Shown here piece by piece: positions 10,001-15,883 of a stretch of DNA of 26,555 bases. The stretch is from an uncultured Eubacteriales bacterium (GTDB lineage Bacteria; Bacillota; Clostridia; Christensenellales; Pumilibacteraceae): positions 1 to 26,555 of the forward strand of contig USBU01000001.1 in NCBI GenBank assembly GCA_900553005.1, in the 5' to 3' direction. The notes under the pieces were generated by a model. That model searched no databases and had not been told where the DNA came from. It saw nothing but the letters and a program-made list of their open reading frames with translations. The first letter of the stretch is position 1, and every line of letters begins with the position of its first letter. Position numbers and translations under genes: made by a program.

Positions 10001-11473
10001 GCGTATTTCGACGGCGGCCGCGGAATCTATAATATCGATTATTCGCTTGAAGACGGAAGCTACAGCATTAAAATACCTAAAGGCACATACGAATTAAGCG
10101 CGTATATGAGCGGTTATTTCGAAATGCCCGTAACCGTAGAAATTACCAAGGACGGAGAGCTTTCCGATTACGTGCTGCCGATTGCCAATATAGGCGGCAA
10201 GGTAAGAGTCAACGGCGTTACTTATACTACGAATGACAAGTGGCGTCACTATCGGGACGGACTTCAGGCTACCGGTACGCCGGGAAACATCAGCTTCTAT
10301 GTCAACGACGTAACCGCTACGGAATACGCGGTGACTATGAAGACGCGCATAAGCGGCGGAGCTAAATCCAAAAACGATAAGGGCGAGCTGAATGACTTTA
10401 ACCTCAATAACCCTTATTATTCCACGGATAACGTGCAGGGCATAAGCATTATGGACGGCTCCAGGCAGCTTAACATAATGATTTACGATTCCGGATTCCG
10501 CGTTCTGTTCGGCGGCTGGAATACCGTCAATATGGTTGAAACCGTCGGTTCGGGCTGGAATTTCTTCAGAGACGGAATTACCGAAGCCGACGATTACGTT
10601 GATATCGTTATGACCGTTGTGCGTCGCGGAAGCATCCTCTACGTCTATGTAGGCAACGACGTCGAAAACGGCGGCAAGGGCGTACAGCGCGATATGCAGT
10701 TGTATCTGACCATTTCCGCTGAGGACGGAGTTGTTCCCTACAGCGTAAACGGAGTTACCCATAAAATAAAGGACGCCGCTTCCGAGAGCAGAATGGCGGC
10801 GCTTAAAAAGGAGCTTGCGCCGTTGCTTAAGGCGGGCGTAAGCAACGGATTGGGTTACACCTTGCATATGGATACCAGTAAGTCGGAAAACGTTAACTAT
10901 TCGTTTGTTTACGGCGCGTCCGTAACCACAGCTCCTGCCGAAATAGACAAGGTCATGGCTGTTAAGATTGCCGAAACCTGCGGCGAGGGCGGATCGATAT
11001 CCTACTCCGGCGAGGGTTACGTCGCAGACGGAGCGGCCGACAAGTATCTGATGGGTAAGGACATTACGGTGACGTTGGTTCCCGATGCCGAGAAACAGGT
11101 CAAGTCGCTTACCGTAAACGGTACCGACGTTGAGTTTACGGCCGACGCCGACGGCAAGGTCGCTTATGTCGCCAATGTCAACGGACCTTTGACGGTTGCA
11201 GCGGAATTTGAGGACAAAACATACACGGCTTATATTACGGGCGTGACTGTCGGTAATTTCAACGCGTTGCAAAAGGTTGTCGCAACAAGCGGCGATAAGA
11301 GCCTGGAGCTTAAATTCAAGACTCTTACGATTGACGGTAAGAGAATCGTTGAAATCCAAATTCCTAAAGGAACGTGGAGCGTAGCGCTTATCAACAGAAG
11401 CGGTAATACGTTTAATACCGTTTCCGTGACGATTAGCGGTACGGAAACCGAAATTCCCTCATTCGCAGTCTGA
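7064..11473 (+). CDS. Large modular surface lipoprotein: CBM9/DOMON-like domain plus three repeated beta-sandwich/Ig-like modules
   Basis: SD GGAGG (7048-7052) favours ATG 7064. Lipobox LAAC. N-terminal IDGRLDEALW..LYIG..VEMFITWDALG is CBM9-like. Repeated LKVI/MTVV..YVY strands, InlB-B-repeat-like segments and carboxypeptidase-regulatory-like segments. No catalytic motif recognised. Confidence 0.75.
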   Translation: MKAKFKILIIALLAVALSVMVLAACANSGNKIKEEVIEGDLPDYDYNKEAAFGEAPDENIRIDGRLDEALWQNLSYMSHTDPQHTTVTVNVTTHFSPKGLYIGAYSSDSKVFWNGKNYYHWNTHFVFRIASAGTTEYSASVRNILIDANNVFPGATRVNAKSKVLGDEVNSGTSDGLSVEMFITWDALGIEVQQDENGVNIPPENVKLYWRYRYVSRNNGTNSPSYDIRNTFDYNADILDNYTLFGPNGYTAEDRDGAEVGNSVNGNSKSAGWDISGEEEGTVRSTNGYYQGIFFKNAYANSFVITTKIKPISQPRANYGSKAGLLLYKDSMNYRGIVFDTSAANRDGSKIRTDNIFAVTHYPDNAYNLISLNTGKNITYPSGQELVELKVIKNNDLLYYVVNGKLVATEKQDYLAGNVVPGLYSTHGVTEFTDYSFVNFDGNDAALKEEIAKYAYTITAPSVTAYSGGYVTASKLAVGKNDTEATVEFTFTTRSGYILSDVTKNGTSIMADIKQNAVGNVYTLTNITENVVIEAVFTQLSADQSVTVSGRLRGNDRADAVLDYAMMNITAETPDGDSVSVYNVEYTADAKGLFTLKLVKGYKYTIEVQGSGYRKKIVETEVINADITDDPETEGYEGLEIIANANVVGGSVNKTFEIGGNPNDKFTVTAASNVNAWDLSREAESIASLHANTPTGMMVYFTGKAGTEAVLETTITNITDTELYGDYERDPSAGFIITDGKTNTFIGLLRNGLRFLPTGGWNGDQFDEPSLVSYATVNATKDANGYHSTKLKVIRTGPDFYVYIDDVLVYTYTSSNFLLTRGTGADMKTYDTPTAFGFWVTTSYPITIQFSDYRCLTDDEAHQEILDTIYSRPEFVDDDSQGVTLEGLSDGMVKQGGVFTASKDVKAGEAYYLTVYGSDAASYTKYLLTETSKSVEVTAMDEGVTNIRVEKASNPEIVTVTGKIVTSDNKKIESGTVFNAYFDGGRGIYNIDYSLEDGSYSIKIPKGTYELSAYMSGYFEMPVTVEITKDGELSDYVLPIANIGGKVRVNGVTYTTNDKWRHYRDGLQATGTPGNISFYVNDVTATEYAVTMKTRISGGAKSKNDKGELNDFNLNNPYYSTDNVQGISIMDGSRQLNIMIYDSGFRVLFGGWNTVNMVETVGSGWNFFRDGITEADDYVDIVMTVVRRGSILYVYVGNDVENGGKGVQRDMQLYLTISAEDGVVPYSVNGVTHKIKDAASESRMAALKKELAPLLKAGVSNGLGYTLHMDTSKSENVNYSFVYGASVTTAPAEIDKVMAVKIAETCGEGGSISYSGEGYVADGAADKYLMGKDITVTLVPDAEKQVKSLTVNGTDVEFTADADGKVAYVANVNGPLTVAAEFEDKTYTAYITGVTVGNFNALQKVVATSGDKSLELKFKTLTIDGKRIVEIQIPKGTWSVALINRSGNTFNTVSVTISGTETEIPSFAV

Positions 11474-11496
11474 CAGCATTAGATAAAAGATTTGAC

Positions 11497-11534
11497 GCAG
11501 GACCGTTCCTATAAAGGGACGGTTCTGTAATTTT
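11497..11534 (+). terminator. Rho-independent terminator
   Basis: Hairpin GCAGGACCGTTCCT-ATAA-AGGGACGGTTCTGT then AATTTT, 23 nt after the stop. Confidence 0.75.
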
Positions 11535-11738
11535 AAAAGCTGTTGCTTTTTTGGGCCGGCGAAAGCTTTGTGGGCAGAAATAGCATTTCGCAAAGCCATA
11601 CTGACAATTTATCGTCGATTGCAGAGGATATTTTTAGGGATTTTCATGAAACTGAAGGATTATTTTTGTATTTTTGGGCGCATAAAAGGTGTATTGCGGC
11701 GCTGACAGTATACAAACTCGGTGAAAAGCATGATAGTA

Positions 11739-11767
11739 TTGACAGCTTATGTGAAAAGTTTTATAAT
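11739..11767 (+). promoter_or_regulatory. Consensus sigma-A promoter
   Basis: TTGACA (11739-11744), 17 nt, TATAAT (11762-11767). Confidence 0.9.
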
Positions 11768-11773
11768 CGGATT

Positions 11774-12643
11774 ATGGAGAATTGCAAATTATGCCCGCGC
11801 AGATGCGGCGCTGACAGAGTAAAAACCACGGGTTTCTGCGGCGGCGGAAACGAAATGAAAATAGCAAAGGTTATGCTGCATTACGGCGAGGAGCCGTTAA
11901 TAAGCGGCAGTCGCGGCAGCGGGGCGATTTTTTTCAGCGGATGCAATTTAAAATGTGTTTATTGTCAGAACGCTCCCATAAGCTCCGGAAATGCCGGCAG
12001 GATTTTTACCGAATCGGAGTTTATCGACGCGGCGTTAAGACTCAGGGACGCCGGTGCGCACAACATCGATCTGATTACCGCAGGGCATTACGTTCATCAG
12101 CTTATTCCCGCGCTGGAAAAGCTGCGCGCGCGGCTTGATATTCCCGTCGTTTATAACAGCAGCGGTTATGAGTATGCCGATACCGTAAAAATGCTGGACG
12201 GCCTGATAGACGTTTATCTGCCTGATTTTAAATACGCGGGAAGGGAACTTGCCGAAAAATATTCGTCTGCGCCAGACTACGCCTCAATCGCCGTGGAGGC
12301 TATACGAGAAATGTGCCGCCAGCGCGGCAAGGCCGTAATCGAGAACGGCTTGCTCAAAAGCGGAGTTATAGTTCGTCATCTTGTGCTTCCCGGCGGCCGT
12401 CGGGACAGCATTGCCGCTATGCGCATTATTGCCGACAGCTTCGAAAACGCGCTTGTAAGCATTATGCGTCAATATACGCCCTGCTTTTACCGCGGCAGCC
12501 TGCCGGAGCTGAAACGGAAAGTGACGTCTTTTGAATATGAAAGCGTTGTTGACGAGGCGGTTAAATACGGACTTAACGGCTTTATTCAGGACGGAAGCAG
12601 CGCGACCGATGAATTAACCCCCGATTTCAATGAGATTTTCTGA
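11774..12643 (+). CDS. Radical SAM protein, PflX-like (often annotated putative pyruvate formate-lyase activating enzyme)
   Basis: N-terminal CKLCPRRC..R....GFC, then HYGEEP.ISG..GSG.IFFSGCNLKCVYCQN (CxxxCxxC), DVYLPDFKY, VIVRHLVLPG and M.QYTP. Start moved from the track's 11543 to ATG 11774, where the family motif begins and just after the promoter. Confidence 0.9.
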   Translation: MENCKLCPRRCGADRVKTTGFCGGGNEMKIAKVMLHYGEEPLISGSRGSGAIFFSGCNLKCVYCQNAPISSGNAGRIFTESEFIDAALRLRDAGAHNIDLITAGHYVHQLIPALEKLRARLDIPVVYNSSGYEYADTVKMLDGLIDVYLPDFKYAGRELAEKYSSAPDYASIAVEAIREMCRQRGKAVIENGLLKSGVIVRHLVLPGGRRDSIAAMRIIADSFENALVSIMRQYTPCFYRGSLPELKRKVTSFEYESVVDEAVKYGLNGFIQDGSSATDELTPDFNEIF

Positions 12644-12649
12644 AAAATA

Positions 12650-12752
12650 TTGTTAATCCGCACATTGTATGCTATAATGTAATATAATAAACAGCGGGAA
12701 AAATGTTTATTGCGGTTAAATTATTGCTTTTGCCGGCGTTTAATGCTATAAT
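12650..12752 (+). promoter_or_regulatory. Two tandem extended -10 sigma-A promoters upstream of the DUF2188 gene
   Basis: TTGTTA (12650), 17 nt, TATAAT (12673-12678); and TTGCTT (12724), 17 nt, TATAAT (12747-12752). Both are preceded by TGC (TGn extension). Confidence 0.65.
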
Positions 12753-12819
12753 TATGGCGTAAATATAAATCCGGTCGGAAGATATTGCGGTTTCGACCGT
12801 TTGAAAAGGAGGGCGCATT

Positions 12820-13335
12820 ATGACCAAAGAGGAAAAAAGACGTATAAAAGAAGGCAAAAAAATGGCTAAGCTTCGCGCTAAGGAGGCCATACGCGCCCAA
12901 AAGCTCAGGGAAAAGGAAGAGCGCCGCGCCGCTAAGGAAGCAAAAAAACACGGACGGGTTTACGTGCCTGCCTCCGACGCGCCGGAAGAAATCCAGGCTC
13001 CCGTTCAAAATTCGGGCAGTATCGCTGAGGAGGCGGAAACGCGCGGGCCTGAAACCGAAGTCGTCAGTGAGGCCGCCGAGCCGCAGTCCGATGAGGAGAT
13101 GCCGGACGAAGAGGCGGAGGGAGAGCCTAAAAAAGCTAATCGCCCCAAAAATTATCATGTTTCGCTGCGCGACGACGGCAAATGGCAGGTTAAATTTGCT
13201 AAAGGCAACCGCGCGCTAAAGCTTTTTGATACTCAGGCCGAGGCTATAGCTTTTGCCAAAGAAAAGGCTGAAAATCAGGACGGAGCAATTACCATACATA
13301 AAAAAGACGGAAAAATCCGCAAGCAGCGCTATTGA
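12820..13335 (+). CDS. DUF2188 domain-containing protein with charged, low-complexity N-terminus
   Basis: SD AAGGAGG. C-terminal YHVS..DGKWQVK..GN.RA.KLFDTQAEAI..AK..A......I.IH..DGKIR matches the DUF2188 pattern. Confidence 0.85.
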   Translation: MTKEEKRRIKEGKKMAKLRAKEAIRAQKLREKEERRAAKEAKKHGRVYVPASDAPEEIQAPVQNSGSIAEEAETRGPETEVVSEAAEPQSDEEMPDEEAEGEPKKANRPKNYHVSLRDDGKWQVKFAKGNRALKLFDTQAEAIAFAKEKAENQDGAITIHKKDGKIRKQRY

Positions 13336-13349
13336 TCTTTAATCTAGTT

Positions 13350-13387
13350 AAAAACGGTTTCTTTTATGAGGCCGTTTTTTTATTTTT
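13350..13387 (+). terminator. Rho-independent terminator
   Basis: AAAAACGGTTTC-TTTTAT-GAGGCCGTTTTT followed by a long T tract. Confidence 0.8.
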
Positions 13388-13489
13388 AAAAGTTTGGACC
13401 GCGTGCAATTCATGCTGTCGTCATGATCGAAAAATTAAATGGATATATAAATTTATTTTGCACAATTTACGGATTTTATCCGAAAACGC

Positions 13490-13517
13490 TTGACGGGGGG
13501 GGGTAATGCTTTATAAT
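13490..13517 (+). promoter_or_regulatory. Sigma-A promoter with a G9 tract in the spacer
   Basis: TTGACG (13490-13495), 16-nt spacer with G9 at 13495-13503, TATAAT (13512-13517). SD AAGGAG lies before ATG 13563. Confidence 0.8.
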
Positions 13518-13562
13518 GTCTGTAAATAAAACGTCCGCTCATTAAATAAAGGAGTTATGTAA

Positions 13563-14174
13563 ATGAAAACCGATAAAAGTTATCCGCTTGCTTTTACAAT
13601 CGGCGTTGTCCGCGTAATACTGATGACAAGGCTGAAAAACTATGCAGATAAGGTCGAGTGCGTATCTCCGGATTATTTTGTGCTGACATTCAGCGAGCAC
13701 GAGGTGCAGATAAAACTGTCCGAGACAAACGCCGGAACTAGTTTGATCATTTCGTCAGAGAACGATAAAACGCCGTCGCCGGACGAAATTTATTTTGAAT
13801 TGGTAAACTGCGGACTCAAGATGGAAAGAGAGAAAGCAGCGAAGGCCGCGGAACAGGTTCGCGGGCAATCCGGTCAAATGCAGTCGGGTAGTTTCAGCCG
13901 ACCGCGGCCGGAAGTTTATCAATGTCAAAACGACTGTTACGGTCGCGGCAGCAGTTATATCTGTAAGACTAACGGTTTTGCCATAGCCGGCTTTGTGCTA
14001 TCGTTTTTCTTTACGCTGCTCGGTTTGATATTCAGTATTATAGGTTACCAAAAAAGTAAGGAAATGGGCGTCGGACAAGGCCTTTCAATTGCAGGTATAG
14101 TTATTTCCGTCGCCGATCTCGGAATTATTCTGTTTGTGTTTATGCTGGTCGGCTGCGCAGTTGCGCTTAGTTAG
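13563..14174 (+). CDS. Membrane protein with C-terminal DUF4190-like two-helix domain
   Basis: SD AAGGAG. C-terminal TNGFAIAGFVLSFF..LLGLIFSIIG..KSK...G.GLSIAGIVIS is the typical DUF4190 pattern. The N-terminal soluble part is unrecognised. Confidence 0.75.
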   Translation: MKTDKSYPLAFTIGVVRVILMTRLKNYADKVECVSPDYFVLTFSEHEVQIKLSETNAGTSLIISSENDKTPSPDEIYFELVNCGLKMEREKAAKAAEQVRGQSGQMQSGSFSRPRPEVYQCQNDCYGRGSSYICKTNGFAIAGFVLSFFFTLLGLIFSIIGYQKSKEMGVGQGLSIAGIVISVADLGIILFVFMLVGCAVALS

Positions 14175-14542
14175 AATATTATACCGGATATTTTTCTTCT
14201 TTCCGTATCATAAAATTGAATTGTGAATTTGTTTCGTTTGCCGGGCTTTGCTTAAAAAGCGGAAAGCCTTAAGCAAAGATAAAATGTTATTTATCAATAA
14301 AAGGCTAAAAGCAATCGTTTTGCAATATCGGAATACCTTTGGAAAAGTAATGACGCGCTTATCTTGTTTATTGAGGGTAAATCGAGATTTTTGCAAAAAT
14401 AAAAAACAAATCCGGTAAAAAGGATTTTATCCGGCCGCATTAGCATATTCGGCTTTTTTACAATCGCGCGGGTAGAGATGACCGGCCGTGGTAACCGTAA
14501 GTCCGACGAACTGTCAGGCGGACGGAAGTAAACGGTTAAAAA

Positions 14543-14580
14543 AACAAACGGCATGGCTTTTAAGGCTATGCCGTTTTGTT
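14543..14580. terminator. Probable bidirectional terminator between convergent genes
   Basis: Hairpin AAACGGCATGGCTT / AGGCTATGCCGTTT, with an A-rich 5' flank and a T-rich 3' flank. Confidence 0.75.
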
Positions 14581-14694
14581 ATACCTATAATTTTGCATGA
14601 GAGGTAAAAGAATCGTAAATCAAGACAACGCCTTATTACGCGCTTTGATCGCAATGGATTTTTACAGCGCTGATACAAACATAAAACGCCAGTA

Positions 14695-15650
14695 TCATTT
14701 TACCGTCATTACTATGGCCTGAGGATAATCGCCGAAGTTTTTTCCGAAAAGATTGATGCCGCCTCGGTGCACGGCGTTTTCCTTGATTCCTATCGTCAGT
14801 TTTACGGCGCTGCCGTTGAATATCTTAAGCTGATCTATGACTACGTGGTTGTGAATAAAAACATTGTCCACGAAAACGCCCTCGTAGTTTACGGTAAATT
14901 TTTTGAACACTCCGAATTGAGTGGAGGTCACCGGCCAGTATTCCGGCGTGTATTTGCCGCGCCGTCCGCCGAAATCGCCCGGTGAAGTAAACGTGGTAAT
15001 TTCCACGTCGTTGACGTACACGGTGATATCCGACGGCCAGTTGTTGTTGTAATATATCGTCTCCGAACAGATCTCAAAGGAAAAAGAGATGTCGGTCAGC
15101 GAGGTGTCGCGGGGGGGGGCGGCGTTGGGAAGTTATAACTTATAAATCCGGTATCGAACCAGATACATTCGGCGCTTACGCGCTCCGGCATAAAAAATAC
15201 GCTGGGATCGTCAAAGGCGGCAATATATCCGTCCCGTCCGGTCATGCCGCAGGGCGCTTTGATGTGGCAATGGGAAAACAGGCCTACGGGCATTTCCATA
15301 GTGTATTCAGCATCCTTGGTTTCGTCAACCTTGGGCGCTTCCATGGACACGGTGTAGCTCATGACCATCTGAGAGCAGAATTTAGTGTGCCCCTTTAAGC
15401 CCGGCTGGTAGTTGACAAATATCAGCTGGGCCTCGGCCAGCGCGTCCACATGCCGGGATACGCTTGTCAGCGGTATATCCAGCTCCGCCGATAAGTCCGA
15501 CAGATTTTTCGAGCGCTGTAACAGGCTTTTCAATATTCTTACGCGGTCGGGCACGGACAGAGCATGAGACACCTTGCAGATCATCTCATGATCGCGATCG
15601 TTGTTGACGGACAGCAGAATGTTTTTTTCCGCGCTTATTATATCGCTCAT
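14695..15650 (-). pseudogene. ArsR-family (COG4189-like) sugar-responsive transcriptional regulator, frameshifted at a C9 tract (possibly phase-variable)
   Basis: SD GGGAGG, ATG at 15650. The N-terminal part has the ArsR HTH (ALS..DRVRIL..L....NLSDLS..LDIP.TSVSRHV..L) plus I.APCG and W.F..GFISY.FP. After the C9 (15111-15119), a shifted frame reads DTSLTDISFSFEICSE..NWPSDITV.VN..SPGDFGGRRG..TQFG..GGINLFG..FGDYPQ to TGA at 14695. The span is 956 nt; adding 1 nt gives a 318-aa protein. Confidence 0.88.
15111..15119 (+). repeat. G9 homopolymer (C9 on the coding strand) at the frameshift site
   Basis: Read directly from the sequence: tcgc GGGGGGGGG cggcg. Confidence 0.95.
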
Positions 15651-15694
15651 TATCACGCTCCTCCCTTGCGGCCGCATATAAATTATTTACAAAG

Positions 15695-15723
15695 ATTATA
15701 TCCTTACGTGTAAAATATGTCAA
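15695..15723 (-). promoter_or_regulatory. Consensus sigma-A promoter of the regulator gene
   Basis: On the minus strand: TTGACA (15723-15718), 17 nt, TATAAT (15700-15695). Confidence 0.85.
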
Positions 15724-15799
15724 CCAAAAATGAAAATACTTTCCGAAAATCGGTTTTGAACGTGGGATAAAACCTTAAAAATCGGAAGCCTTTTACCTA

Positions 15800-15827
15800 T
15801 TGCAATGTGAAAATTTTGTGTTAAAAT
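15800..15827 (+). promoter_or_regulatory. Putative promoter of the GH2-ABC operon
   Basis: TTGCAA (15800-15805), 16 nt including a TG extension, TAAAAT (15822-15827). Confidence 0.65.
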
Positions 15828-15883
15828 TATTTTGTAAAAAGGTAAATTTCAGTTTTTTATGCAACAGCGCATGGTGAGGCTAT

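Noticed and set aside
11543..11773. N-terminal extension of the radical SAM ORF
   Set aside because: It runs through AT-rich intergenic sequence and the gene's own promoter. The family motif starts at ATG 11774.
14505..14533. Resemblance to SRP RNA helix 8 (GAAC-TGTCAGG-CGGAC-GGAAG)
   Set aside because: It lacks the UCC-GNRA-GGA stem-loop and the AGCAG pairing. Insufficient without a covariance-model search.
14695..15677. Two separate genes (108 aa and 193 aa) as in the ORF track
   Set aside because: They are contiguous halves of one COG4189-like regulator separated by a single frameshift.
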